A DNA stretch of 64,000 bases from Marsupella aquatica (taxonomy: Eukaryota; Plantae; Marchantiophyta): contig OZ316894.1 in NCBI GenBank assembly GCA_973895155.1, forward strand, positions 9,262,234 to 9,326,233, given 5' to 3'. Shown here piece by piece: positions 13,601 to 26,901 of this stretch. The notes under the pieces were generated by a model, which was not told the DNA's origin, did not search any database, and was given only the letters and a program-made list of their open reading frames with translations. Within the stretch, counting starts at the first letter, position 1. Each line of letters begins with the position of its first letter. The position numbers and the translations under genes were made by a program.

Positions 13601-15253
13601 CTGAGAGCCCAAATATTTATTGCCGACTGTGAGAAGCGTTGACTGGCGTTCTGGGATGAAGAGAAAAAAATACATTATTTTACTCAGGACTAGATAATCT
13701 CAACGTATTTTAGTATTGAAGGGAACTACAACTTCCACCGTCTCCTGGAGGGCCGATATGTTTTGCCTCAGCTAGAATCAGGCTCTTTAGTCTTTCTGAC
13801 TATAGACTTTTAGCGATCCAGTGATTGAGCTCATCCGTGCAAGCTTGGAAAAAAGAGACGAGAGGATGAGTGGCAGACCTGAGAAACGATTGGCTTCGTT
13901 AAATCGACATTATAGCGGTACTTCTTTCCCACACCTCCGTCCACAGGAGTAGAACTGTGATCACACGAAAGGTCTGAATCAGCGAGCTGTCGCTCCATGA
14001 ATTACTTGATTTTTATGCTAGCTAGAGCAGGTATCCGTATACAGCAGTATGGTGACCTTCTAATAAGCAAAGTACAATCCCATATGGCAACAGTACCGCC
14101 ACGATGTTCCTGTGCATTAGGCGTCAACTACATTTGGCGTGACCGTTCGAGAGAAAACACAATAATGATGTCTTTAAATCAAGCTCCAGCTTGTCCGTCC
14201 TGGTGAATGAAAGTGCGGGAAAGCGTGCTGGATGGATCTCTATGCAAAACCCCCCTTTCGTGGGTTACTTGTATTGAAACATGTGGCTGACATGCGGGAG
14301 AGATGACATTGCTCACATACCCAGGCGAGGCTTCCACTGACCCAACCAGAAACTGTTCTAGCATTCGAAAGGCAGCTTTGCTATGGCTGTGGCCATCCTC
14401 GTCAATCTTCCCCTTCATTAGAGGGCCAGCATCTTTCGCTCCCTCCGTGTGCAAATGCTCCAGAATAAGCTACAGGTTTCCACTCGTGAGAAAGAAAACA
14501 AATGACAATGTCATCCAAAAGGTGGCCGCTGGCTAGTTGGAGCGACACCGTACTCTACTATATATTTGATTCCAAAAATATACGTGTATCGGGAGAACCT
14601 CACACAGTTGAGGACGAACAAACTAATCGTTTCTGTCGGGAACTACGGGATTTCTCGAAATACAGTATGCATGTTCTCGCAATTACATATAGAGAATAGT
14701 GCGAACAAACTATTCGTTTCTGTCGCGAACTACGGGATTTCTCGGAATGCAGTATGCATGTTCACGCAATTACATATAGATTATTATCCAAGTAGTGTAG
14801 TGATCCAAGTCGCGGGTCGGTTACCTCTGGACCTCCAGGATGAGTCTCAAGAAAGTGCGTCACGTCGTAAACCTTTCCATCTACAACAATCCACGCATCA
14901 TCCTCGCTCTTGTGTCGCGAAATTTCCTCGTAAGACCAGAGCTGCGTCACATGTTTGCGTCTATTCTCGTCCTTCTCTCCATTGCGGACTTCACCTGTAG
15001 AACTCTGAACTGGAGGCGAAACAGCTCCGTCGTCGTCCACCGAGAGCACAGCAGAAGTCGCGGATCTGTTCACATTCCACAATGTACTGAGCATCGGCTT
15101 GCCCCCGTTGCGCTCCAGCTGCTCGCCTTTGGGAATCGGACCTCCCGCCCCTCCTGCTGCTGTACCGTGGCCCTCATGCGGCTGAATTATCATGGATATC
15201 TTCGTCGACGACGACGACTGCAGCAGAGAAGAAGATGGCGCCATTTGTGCCAT
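10670..15253 (-). CDS. FAH: Sphingolipid fatty-acid 2-hydroxylase with N-terminal cytochrome b5 domain (Scs7/FA2H architecture). Exons 15253-14825, 14469-14317, 13986-13879, 13600-13508, 12952-12753, 11674-11569, 11220-11071, 10786-10670
   Basis: Cytochrome b5 motifs [21 protein letters not shown] and GHSHS. FAH motifs [70 protein letters not shown]. All introns are GT-AG with consistent phases. The start could be the ATG at 15253 or 15244. Confidence 0.92.
14615..14780. repeat. Tandem duplication of about 85 bp in FAH intron 1
   Basis: GAACAAACTA.TCGTTTCTGTCG.GAACTACGGGATTTCTCG.AAT.CAGTATGCATGTTC.CGCAATTACATATAGA occurs twice. Confidence 0.85.
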
Positions 15254-18200
15254 CCCGCACGCAAATGGACCTTTCTGCCCTTCGCCCCGAATTCGAGCCG
15301 GCCCTTCCTCTCCTCCTATACAATCGAATCCAAACCGCACGCAGAAGTCAATCAACCCAATCCCGAGTCACATCGACGTCCAGAGCACGCCACGAGTCGT
15401 CCTTCGCACAATATTCTAAGCACGCACCTGCACGACTCGAAGTACGGGGCAATTTCTCAAAACCAATGATGATTTCCACACCTCCGACTCCGGACTCTCC
15501 GCACTAGTCCACTCCTCCTCTCCGTCCCCCTTTAATGCCTCCGTCCGTTCAATCGACTGGAAGCTTCATCCCAAGCCGCGCGAGATTAATGCATTCACTC
15601 CTCACACTCTCACAGAATTAGCGGTGGCTGATGAATTGGGTCTCCACCGTCACACCGTGTTACAGTCCGCGCGAGCTCAGAGTCTCAGGACTCAGAAATC
15701 ATTCATTATTATCGAGGTGAAACGCAACCCGGAAAGTGATTGTCAACACAGTACTGTACTCGAGCGGGACTCGTCCAAGTCAATTAATGGCGTGGTTGGT
15801 TGGTCGCGCCGAGGCGAGGCGAGATAAGGCAAGGTTCCTCCTCCTCGAGTGGCTCTCATCTCTCTTCTGCTCGAAACCAATTTGGTAAGGACAGCCACGA
15901 ATGTACAGTATCTATGGATCTATCTTGCCTATCGTCATCTGTCCTCACACAACTCTTGATGGTGCCTGACAACAAACCGATCGAGCTCCGCCTCGAATCA
16001 CCTTCTCTTCAAGAATCGGCGAAGTCCTGTTTCAGTAGCAATCTTGAAGAACGTACTCGAGCGGGTTGAATTTCCTGCTGCTCAACAGGAACGACATCCA
16101 TGTTCCTGTCCCAAACGGATTTCGCCGGTACGTTCTTGACACACTCATGCCGGACCTGGGGCCAGTGGCCGGGTCCCATTGATGGGTTGACCACAGCCCC
16201 CACCAAGTACAGTCACCACATGGCTGCCTGGCCTGGCCCCAGGGCGATCCTGGTTTACTGCGTGGGTCCTGTTTCTGCCAAGTAATTGCTGTGGCGATAG
16301 CCCCCATTGGATTGCCTCAGCCTTCAGGAATGGCGATAGCCCATTGGATTTCTGCAGGTGGGGTGCCGACCTCATGAAACCATCGCTTGGAACGGGTGGC
16401 GATCTCTCGCATACCTGAGGTCAGATTTTGGCGAAAGGGGTGGGAGCAGCCATTTGTTCCTAGGTTTTTGAAATTAGTCAAGGTGGCGAGCCTCTTAGTG
16501 AGGAGGGCTGGCTGGTTATTGAGTATTGATAGTACTATTGTACAACAATTTCTGGCTGATGCTCCTCAATAGCGCATGTGGTGCTGGCAATGGAACAAAT
16601 TTTTGAAAATTTCAGTTTGCGTTTCATTTGCGTGCCTGTCCTTAAACTAAGTGATTGATAGATTTTTGCCCACCAAAAAATGGCTGGTGGGCAGGAGGGA
16701 GGAGGGGGAGCAATTTCAAAATCTTCAGTACTGCCAAGGGTGGCTGGCTGACAATTGGTCTTGTGAGGAGGTAGTGATTGGGGGAAGGGACGGATGGGAG
16801 GGGCTTGTAGTCCTCCAGAACCCTGGCAAGTCGTTGTGGGGATATCAGGATCCCGACAAATGGCCATATTATTCCTGAATACCTTACCTGAATAATATGG
16901 CCATTTTTACAAGTATGCAGGATAAATTGTAACCAGGCAGTCTAAAATACTAAGGTGGTAATGTTAGTTCAGTCCCTTTCTATCTGTCCTCATAGGCAGA
17001 AGTGTAACCAGATTTTCTGTTTGTAATTTGGAGTGCAATCTGGGTCCTTTTCAATCTGTCCATAGGCAGAAGTATAACCAGATTTTATGTAATTTGGAGT
17101 GCAATCTGGCATAATGCTCCTGGCAGAACTACAGTAAGTGCCCTCAAGATTTCAGCTCCCAAACAGTACAGAAAGTAGGAAAATCCAAATGAACTCTGGG
17201 CACCCCAGAGTCCTTTCACAAAGGCAACGTCCCCAGAAAAGTACCTAGGATGAGTCGCTCTCAGGCTTATTAATGAAGATGCTCTCGTGAAGGGCTTTAA
17301 TAAAAACAGACAAAAAGCTCTTTACTCAAGGTAACGCATGGAAACGAAGCCAAAGCTCTGCGCATTTTCCGCGGATAAAAAGAAGCCCCTTCCAGGCGTT
17401 ATGGACCACAATGCCCTCTTTTACAAATGCGTTATTATATACTACTGAAGCGCTCTCTACTCAACGTAACGCTTGAAAACCCAAATCAATTTTGCCCATT
17501 TTCGCGAATAAAAAGAAGCCCCAGCATGACCCCGGTTGTTCCTGCCGCGGTGGGCAATCGGGCACTGCTGTATATTCCCCATTCGATGCGCCAACATCGT
17601 ACGCCTCAGTTGCGGGCCGGGTGGGTGGATGGATTCATGGCCCACCGCCATAAATAGGGTAGATATCGATACTCGCGACGTCCCATCTAAATCTAGCTGG
17701 GGTATTAAAGCCCTGGATCCCTGTCCAGTCAACGCCAGCGAAGGAGTAGCTGATAACGCCTGTCGCTGCCTCTACCTGATAATTAACCTACCGTAGCTGG
17801 TCTGGTCTAGGTTCCGTACCCATCAGCTATCTTGTCGGGTCAGATCAGTTTAGGTCTGGTGTCTAGTACAGCGGTTTTATTAGTGGCTAAAATCTGCCAA
17901 ATTCTCCCCCCGCATTGAAAAGACAGTGTGCGCCAGGCTTTTTGTCTTGGATTCCATTCCTTTGGGTGTCAAAAAGCGTTTGTTCTGGTCCAATGACTCT
18001 TCGTTCCTTTAGATATCAAAAAGTGTTTGGTCCTCATGAGGATTCAGCACTTCAAACCACTCCGAAAGTATATATCACACTTGCAAAAAGACTGGAACGC
18101 CAAACCGGAACACATTTCCATTCCATTACTTTTTGCTCTAGAAACTGAAGCTCCCATAGACCCAGCCTTGAGCCATGCAACGTCCATGGATTGAAAGAAT

Positions 18201-19061
18201 TCAGCAATAAAATTTAACCAAGGTCCATTGACTGCCAATGGAATTGGCTCTTTTTGGGCTTGTTAGAAAGGGTTTGGAAGACCTTGCTAGGCAATCTAAT
18301 GTCTCTAGTTTTCATGACAAATTCATACTAGAATTAAGAATTTTCTGTCTTGAGCACTCTGGAAAAGTCCTCGAGCAACTAACTTTGACAGTCAATAATA
18401 TGTCACTCTTGTTTTAACGGGATCTGATTTTTTGGGGGGTTACTATAAACTGCTTGGCGAGATGGTTTCAACTAGCATAATATTGACAAATTCATTGAGA
18501 ATCAAGAGACCTCATGTTTCCAAAACTGGACTATCTCATTTTCTAGCAATATTTCACTCATCGGTGTAATGTGCACTATGTGAGCAGAAAAGAATGTTTT
18601 GCTGAAGTCCATCCGAGTTGCCAAGTTCATCCGAGCATTCCAGGAAACATGGAGTTCCAACCAGGATTCAGTGTCCAGTTTTCCACATGATCATAGAGTG
18701 ACTCCCTTAACTAGATCTGATGGTTATCCTTAAGTCTAGGGAGATCTTAGTCAGAAATTCACTACAGAAAACGTTACATAAGGAAGATGCTCCTTTACAC
18801 AGGCTGACATTCGCCACCTCTGTAAAAAGAAAAAACCTTACAAAATTACCCTCTCGTCTGATTTACTATGTAAGCTGGTCTTATCTGATCTGGTTGGGTC
18901 AGGTATTTCCTTTTCTGTGCAGCTTTTGCACATTTGCTACCGGATGAAGGTTTGCAAATGATATAAAAAGGTTTTCAGAGAGTTTATGTAATTAAGTCCC
19001 AATGGCCGCAATACAACCACAGAATGTTTCCCGCCAAAAACATTTGATGGGAAGCTTTTGA

Positions 19062-19254
19062 GAGAGATACTAGATGGACCCCTAAATTGAAAAGTGTTAC
19101 TTAATGGACCCTATGAGGCCCCATGAGATTTTAGAACCCATGATTTAAGGTCTATCAAGGATATGGATTTTAGAACCCATGATTTAAGGTCTATCAAGGA
19201 TAGGGGTCCATCAAGTAAAGATTTCATTTTGGGGGTCCATCAAGAATATCTCTT
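19062..19254. mobile_element. MITE-like foldback element with an internal duplication of about 38 bp
   Basis: Left AGAGATACTAGATGGACCCC...GGACCCTAT is inverted relative to right ATAGGGGTCC...GGGGTCCATCAAGAATATCTCT. GATTTTAGAACCCATGATTTAAGGTCTATCAAGGATA occurs twice inside. Confidence 0.65.
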
Positions 19255-19754
19255 GAAGTTTTCCAGTATTCTTCCCCTATTATTCAGCCAAAATGTGTTC
19301 ACAAATTATTTAAATAAAAAATACACATTTCTCAAACCATCTCGCCCCATATAGTAGAATTGGAATCACGTAATTTTGATTTATCCCAATTGCATTGGTA
19401 GACCAACATAATTTACACCGAAACTTCAAATTTGCACGGTGGGAGCCAGAATGTTTTTAATGTACGAATCTAATCACGACTACCTTAATCTAATCTTCCT
19501 TTACTACGTAGTGCAGATCACGCTGGTCTGGTCTGGTCGTTCACCGCAATTCAGCATCATTCTCATTAGGAACGAAAGTTCTTGGAATACTATGATACGA
19601 TTGGGCCACTATTTGCACGTTCTTGGCCAGGAGGCATGCAATCTGACCCCTGCCCTGACCCCGTTCGTTCTCCCACTAAGGACGTGAGGCAGCGCCGAGA
19701 AGTGCAGCCTTTTGACGAATTTTCAGGTTCTTGCAAGGCAAGGCCATGATTGTA

Positions 19755-20370
19755 CGCACGCCCTCATGACGGAAGGGGAGTTGGGGCCCGGCTGCCCCCA
19801 CGGTTCCATATGCCCTTCTGCAGCCAGTATTTTCAGGGCGATTCTTAGCCTTAATCTTACCTGGAAAATGCGAAACTGAAGCCCCAATACCCTCATGAAG
19901 GAAAGGGAGTTGGGCTAGGCCTGAGTATCAAGGTTGCATACTCCCTCTGCGGCCATTTTTTCTGGGTAATGCTTTGCCTTAATCTAAGCCTGGAAAATGC
20001 GAAACTAAAGCTCCCATGCCCTCATGAATGCCTGGAAAATGCGAAACTAAAGCTCCCATGCCCTCATGAATGAAGGGGAGTGCGGGTAGGCCTGAGCTCA
20101 AGGTTCCTTATGCCCTATGCAGCCACTTTTTTGTGGATGATTTTTTGCTTTAATCTTAATAGGAAAAGGCAAAACTGAAGCCCCCATGCCCTCTTGAAGG
20201 AAGGGGAATTGGGGTCGGCCTGAGCTCAAGGTTTCATATGCCCTCTACAGCTTATTTCTGGGCTGTTCTTTGCCTTAATTTTACCTGCCCTCTACAGCTT
20301 ATTTCTGGGCTGTTCTTTGCCTTAATTTTACCTGGAAAAGGCAAAAGTGAAGCCCCCATAGACCTCAATG
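19755..20370. repeat. Tandem array of about 130-bp units, 4-5 diverged copies with partial duplications
   Basis: GGAAAATGCGAAACTGAAGCCCC...CCCTCATGAAGGAAGGGGAGTTGGG...CCTGAGCTCAAGGTT...GCCTTAATCTTACCT recurs. Confidence 0.85.
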
Positions 20371-22061
20371 CCTGGATGAACCAATGCAATCCGGATGGAC
20401 TGCAGATCATCCCATCAACTAAGCCTCCAAGAAACCCAGTGGAAAAATAAAGATGACCACCATAAACTACATCCCCAGGCTGTTTGTATTATTGACAACA
20501 ACCAAAAAATGATTTTGGATTTATAATACACCCTCCATTGCCCAAAGGTGAGGTATTCTTTTTTAAGTTGTAGTGATTTTGCTGTTTAGGTGCCCCTGGG
20601 ATACATCATCATTCTGAGTTTCACCACAAAAGTTTTGTAACCATAATTTGTAGTATCAAGTCCAGTTAGACAAAAAAATGTTGCTGCCTACTTCGGAGAC
20701 AGACTTACTATATAAATTTGAAAAATAATCAAGATTCCCTAAAACGTTGATGAGTCTCCTTAAACCACTCACGAAACTGATGGGTGGGTAGGGGAGGAAG
20801 GAAAGAAATTCAAAGGTGCAAGTTTAGGTAGGAGGGCAATGCACCAAAATGATACCTATCACTCTAATTAGTCTCAGCACTCTAACGGGTCTCCTGTCTC
20901 GAAGGTCAGTCAGTTGGGAAAGTAAATGTAAAACGTGGGGTGGAGTGTGAGGGAGAGGTAGGAAAGAAAGTTTAAATAGGAGGGCAATGCATCAAAATGA
21001 TACCTGTCACTCTAATTGAAGCCCCCTGTCTTGAAGCTCAAGGACTGAGATATTCCTCGATTAGAGTCTCCTGTCTTGAAGGTCAAGGACCGACAGATAT
21101 TGCTGTTGCCATGCCTTTGCCATGGAAAGGTCCATATGAAAATCACGTCTCGATAGAGCTACTTCGTAAGGAGAACACATTTATCCCACTGTTGCCATGC
21201 CTTTGCATGGAAAGGTCCGTATAAAAATCCGTATGAAAATCATTTATCGATATAGCCACTTTGTATCGAATGCACATTTGAGACCAAGATACTACTAAAC
21301 TCAACGAAAACTAACAGACGATACTGCTGTTCCCATGGAAAGATCCTTATGAAAAAATGAAGGCTCGACTTACTTCACTTTGTAAACATTTTTAGACCCA
21401 CATATAGTATATCACAAAACACTTCTTCTGATGCCTTGTGGAGTCTTCCGAATCCTGCATTGTGGATTCTGCATCACTAGCTCGTTCGAGCAATCGAAGA
21501 GGTGCCCTGTCCAACTTCTGATCGATCCAGAACTTGATGGCTTTAAGAATTGCTTTACTTCGATCCGACACTGAGGGAGCCGAATACTCGATTTCTTATT
21601 TGGAACGTTGCTTGCATTTTGACCATACACATTTGCCTTCCTGTGGAAAATGAAGTTGGGATCCCCCAGAGTGCTCTATGTCTGTTCCCAAAGAATTGCC
21701 AGGACAGACATTTCAAATGCACGGTTTCTATCCATTTGTCAAACAGGGACGAGAACTCAAAATCATCATGAGTTCTGGACCTAATGATGCATACACAGAA
21801 TTTGGCATTATTCTTCCCTCGGACCAAGATTGGAAATATAATCAGTCTTCGAAAAAGTTATCTTACAACACGATACACAATTCTCCAATCAATGTTTCCC
21901 GCACATAATTTTCACCTACTGCCCTGTCTTCCCATTTTAGAATTTGCACAAGAGCATCCCATCCCCTGCGTTCCAATCCGCGTCCAGAGCCTCATCCCAG
22001 AGTCGCTCAGTGGGACAGACTACAATGCCCTATTTTCATGTAAAGCTCAATCAATCGACTA

Positions 22062-22880
22062 TTATACCTGGGCGTCAGCTGCATCTGCCACTATGGGAAG
22101 CCTGGGAGTCTTCCCTAGGATGCATGAGATGACTCCGAACAAAAAGCAAGATACCAGGAACAGGAACACCGTGTTGTAAAAGATGATGAGAAGCTCAAAC
22201 CCTATGCCCCCTCGAGGCGCAAAAGTTCTCTCCACCAGGTTCGGTACTATCAAAAGAACATCCAAGACCACCGCCTGCATGGCATTGAACCTCACGTACC
22301 GGTTTATGCTAGGGTTCCGAACAACCAGCAGATAGAGCGAGAAGAAGGCAATTAGGTTGGAGTAAGGGAAGCCCTTGTACGCGGCCAGAATAGGATACAG
22401 AGGTCGCACCAACCCCTCTGCTACGGGAAACTGCAAGAAGAAAAAGCGCCCGTACTGAATCCCATCGAAAAACGGGAGCACATATCCCAACGCGGCAAGA
22501 ACCCTCTCCGGCGCCCCGACTCCGTTCCTCCCCGCTTGCGCAACAATTTCCTTCAAGCTCGGTCTACTCCGACTTGTCGGTGCGAACCCTGACCCCTCTA
22601 ATCCCTGTCTCCCGTAAAATCGAGTTCTTCCAATGCCAAAGAATACCGAAGGCACTGACGACCCCAATCCCAAAACCCCTCGCCCGTCTGGCCCTGATCG
22701 AATTGCCCTAACCACTCCGACTTGATCTCTCGTTTCACCTCGACCATGAGCCAACACAATTGGCTTCAGAGGAATTCGCTGCTGAGATGTGGAAACGGAG
22801 AACTGCGTCCTATTTTGGACACACATATCTGCACGACATCCGGAGAACACCGCCATCGCCGAGCCGCTCATCGTGGCCAT
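22062..22880 (-). CDS. TIC20-V: Chloroplast inner-envelope translocon component Tic20-V-like, intronless, with transit-peptide-like N terminus
   Basis: ERVLAALGYVLPFFDGIQYGRFF, LVVRNPSINRYVRFNAMQAVVLDVLLIVP and the C terminus GKTPRLPIVADAADAQV match the Tic20/Ycf60 family. The N terminus is Ser/Arg-rich. Confidence 0.92.
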   Translation of the reverse strand: MATMSGSAMAVFSGCRADMCVQNRTQFSVSTSQQRIPLKPIVLAHGRGETRDQVGVVRAIRSGPDGRGVLGLGSSVPSVFFGIGRTRFYGRQGLEGSGFAPTSRSRPSLKEIVAQAGRNGVGAPERVLAALGYVLPFFDGIQYGRFFFLQFPVAEGLVRPLYPILAAYKGFPYSNLIAFFSLYLLVVRNPSINRYVRFNAMQAVVLDVLLIVPNLVERTFAPRGGIGFELLIIFYNTVFLFLVSCFLFGVISCILGKTPRLPIVADAADAQV

Positions 22881-23090
22881 GCCTCCTGCTTGCTGCCCTC
22901 AGGCGACGCAGATTCGCTGACGGACTTCTTCAGATTGTGCAGCACCAATCGAGTCCGAAATGCGATGGCCAAGAGTGGCAGTCGAGGGGCTTGCAATTTG
23001 TGTCAACCACAAGCCAGTTTCAAATCCACCAGTGACAGTTGGCGCCCCGGTAATTGCACATCCAAAAACCTACAGTCAATTGCGCATTTA

Positions 23091-23705
23091 GGATAACACT
23101 TAGTGATTTAAAGAGATTACTGGAGTTTATGGAGTTTATGGAGTTTAGTGATTTAAAGTGATTACTGGAGTTTGTGGAGTTTAGGGCCACTTTACAAGAC
23201 TGGAGTTTAGTGATTTAAAGTGATTACTGGAGTTCAGGGCCACTTTACAAGACGGGCGCAAAATTTAGTCCCTCTTTTTTCAGGATCGAATCAATCACGA
23301 CCATTGTTTTAGCCTGCCAGGGCACTCCTTGCTTTAGAAGACTGGCACGGCAAGTTGAGCTGCGGGATTGACCGAACATGCATTCTGGTGGGATCAGGTT
23401 GGCTCCGGACTCTCATCCGGACGCTAGACTATCGGACCTCCAGAGGTGCAAAAATGGGCAGGCCTTTTCTCCTATGATTCCTGCCTTGGATTGGTCTAGA
23501 GTCCTACCTTACACAAAAAGTCGGGCTCTGTTACAGCCTTGGTAGAAAGCACTCAAATTGTCATGCCGGTCTTGTAAAGTGGCCCTTAGTGATTTGAAGA
23601 GATTACTGGAGTTTATTTACAGATAACACTTAGTGATTTAAAGAGATTAATGGAGTTTTTGTATGGATAACACTTAGTGATTTAAAGAGATTAATAGAGT
23701 TTATG
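23091..23705. repeat. Tandem repeat of about 40 bp (GGATAACACTTAGTGATTTAAAGAGATTACTGGAGTTTAT) interrupted by a MITE
   Basis: The unit recurs at 23091-23235 and 23586-23705. Confidence 0.8.
23237..23585. mobile_element. Tourist/PIF-Harbinger-like MITE
   Basis: TIR GGGCCACTTTACAAGAC / GTCTTGTAAAGTGGCCC followed by TTA. A duplicated left end at 23184 is preceded by TTA, the typical 3-bp Harbinger TSD. Confidence 0.75.
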
Positions 23706-26700
23706 TATGTAGTGACCACAGTACACCTTATATTGTCACATTTTGATGTGCAGTTATTAGGAGGGTAGTTGTTGATGTGGGTTCACTTGTTGGCTTCTGT
23801 ACAATCCGAGTCCCACTAACTGAAGCTAGGATGGACCCCCACATTGGAAACAATGCTCCATTGGAGCACATTTTGGTGATCCATGGGAGTTTGCGGCCCA
23901 TAACTTGATGATTATGAGTTCTATAAAAATATAAAAGGAAAAGGCCCCAAAAGACCCAGGAGATCAAACACGCTGAGGGGTCCCAAGTAACTTTAAATTT
24001 TGCACCTGCAAGGGCAAGTAGAGAGGGAGGAAACATGAATGAACACAAGCCCAAAAATTTCATATCAACACATGAAAATTAACCTAACCCAATTTACCCC
24101 AAGCATCTTGTGATTTAGAAAATCAAAATAATATTCACTGGCACTGTGATGGAAGCATAGCTTACCTACTCTAATATATCCCCAAAACTAATACAGATTT
24201 GAATTTATGAATATTAAATTATTGCACTTAAACTCAAATTTTAGGAAACCTTGTGGAGGGAATTTGAAGCCCCCATGGACCACAAGGTTGGTCTTTGAAA
24301 CCCCCATGGACCATATTTTCTAAGTTTGCTCCATTCTTCAATGAAGACTTATTTCTTGGTACACACAAGGGTGCCTAACAGTTTCTAGAATCCTTGAAAT
24401 GATCATGACCTTACTTATGGCTAGCCATTTGGGAGTAATTTCACAACTGCCCCTATAAAGAGCTACAGGTTACCAGTAACTGTCATTGTAAAGTGCACAT
24501 GTTCAGGAATGGGCTTTGAGCTCCACAAAAGGTGGTGAGTGCAGAAACGTTTATTGGTAAGTAGTGAGACATGGAATGGGACTTTTATAGTGGCAGGTGT
24601 AGTTTAATGTCACATTTTGAGCTTCTTCTTGGAGTACAGGGAAGAGAGGTGGGATGATCATGGTGATCTGATACACCAATCTTTGTGGCAAAATCTTGAA
24701 GCATTCCCATAGCGCAACCCAGTATGAGGGTCAACAGTGAGGCCACTGGTGTTTTGGGTTGTTGTTGGCAGATTGCATCCAGACCTGATCCCCAACAGTC
24801 TCAATGAGTGAAGTGACAAGGTCCCTGTGAGAGATGCAGCAATGAGGGAACTTTCGGCAGAGATTGGGCAACCTGTGCCATCCACACACCTTTGCCCGGT
24901 TTGAACTGACACCAGTTGTTGACAACACAACAACTTGTCATTTGTCAACTATTTGCTTATATTCCCCGGCCGGCCGGGATAGGCCCAGGACTGGCCGGGG
25001 TCGAGGCCGGGACAGGCTGGGATAGGCCCTGGTCGGGGGCCGGTACAGGGTCAGGCCGGGTCAGGGCGGGGTGTGAGCCAGGACGACCAGGTGTGACACA
25101 TGTTGGATGTCGGGGTCCAGACCCCTCATTTGTTGGACAAGTCCAAACCTGGCACCTTTGGCAAGACTGGTGGGGACAGCTAAGTCCATATTTCAACTCA
25201 CCAGTTCTGGCTGGCAAGACTGGTTGCGGACAGCTAACTCCACATCCCAACTCACCAGTTCTGGCTTACGGGAGGCGCTGCCTGACTGGCCTGGAGTCCT
25301 TGTTTAAACTTTCCAGGGCCCTGTAGGATTAGAAAAGGGCTTTTGCGAGCAACTCTCCCTAAATTGAGGCTGGCTGGGCATTTCTTACAACGCATGGGGA
25401 TGCTCTTCAGTCAGTAACTCCATGCTTAAACCATTGCAAAGTTTTTGTTTCTATTTTGGGTTTCCATGCCATCAACCTAAGTGGAGTGAAGCTCCTTTCT
25501 CACAATCACTTTCCGCCTGTCTCTAGAAAGTTTTTCCGTGATCGTTCGTAATGTCTGTCCAGTGGAAAAGGCCCCGACTTGAAAGTGGAATTCCATACAG
25601 ATCAGGCAGAAGAAGTAGTTTCACTGCAGATCATGCCATTAGGAGTTAGTAAGCCAAGATAATTGAGGCAAAGTGCTACAGGATCTCTACTCCCATGTTT
25701 GCCAACGTAGGCTTGAAGCCAAAAACCAATACAACAATAGCAAACAACCAGAGCACCGTAACAAGTGGCCACGTGCTAGTTTGCAGTGACAATGGGTTAC
25801 ACCCTGAAGTGGGTGAGGAAAGACTGGCTGACTATCCAGTTAACAAATTGCTCCATCCAAACACGAAGCATTTCTATTAGAATAATACAATTATCGATCA
25901 ACTTGGAATCAGTGTGGGATCCCAAATCCAGTCTATCCCGGCCGATTATATGCCCCTGAGTGTTTGGCCTTGATCTAACGTTCTTCAAGTAAATCTCTGC
26001 ACCCTCCTGCACGCCACCGAAGCTTTGAGTGAGCAAGACTCCTCTGGCTTTCTGCATTTTAGCACGGGTTCAAGTCAAGGCCGTTTCTCTGGACGCTCCC
26101 GTACGCCGAAGCTTGGAGTGAGAAAGATTCCCCTGGCTTTCAGCATTTTATCACAGCTTCTAGTCGAGGCCTTTTCACTGGGCTATGGAATCATTAATCA
26201 CCCACGGTCTACGTCTTTCTATGGTCTTTCGCTTATACACCAGAGAATTTTGGGCCGTAGAGGTTTTCTGAATCCCATGTTCGCAAGTCCCAGACAAAAG
26301 ATCGTCACTCTCATTGGCCTTCTTTAAGAAATATATTCCAGAATTCTTCACCGCATTAAAACGACAAAATACCTGATGAACCGTTCCAGACTTCCAGATA
26401 TGAAACTCGAGCCTCGCATACGAATTGTCCATCAAAAGACAATCACTCCGGAGATACAAATCATTTCTTTTAGAGGTGAAATCATTAAGCCCGTAAAACC
26501 TTGTGCCCTCAAGTTCTTTTAAATTGATTGGGCCAGTCCATTTTTGTTTGTAGCATTGATTACACACGGAATTAATCTTTCAAGTTCGTAGATTGAGTCA
26601 TCTAAGAAACTCAATTCCCTGCACGCAACACGACTCAGGTCTAAGGAAAGACAAATGAAGACCTCTGTGCAGCTTCTGTTAGCCTGCAAAGCAAGTGACT

Positions 26701-26901
26701 ATCACAATCTCATATCTGTACAGTATCCTGCCCATTTAGATCATTCCAACTCATCCAATACAAGAGTTGCAATTCTCGTCCCTTTCTTCCATTGAATCTG
26801 TTCTAAAAAATAGTGCTGTCAAATTAAGAAGCTCAAAGGTAGATTGGCTAACAGTCATCAACTGTAAAAGTGGAGTACACTCCATTGAATCTGTCAAGCA
26901 G

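Noticed and set aside
14840-15469. 209-aa plus-strand ORF (and the ORF at 30613-31170)
   Set aside because: Antisense shadows of GC-rich first exons of FAH and SNX2.
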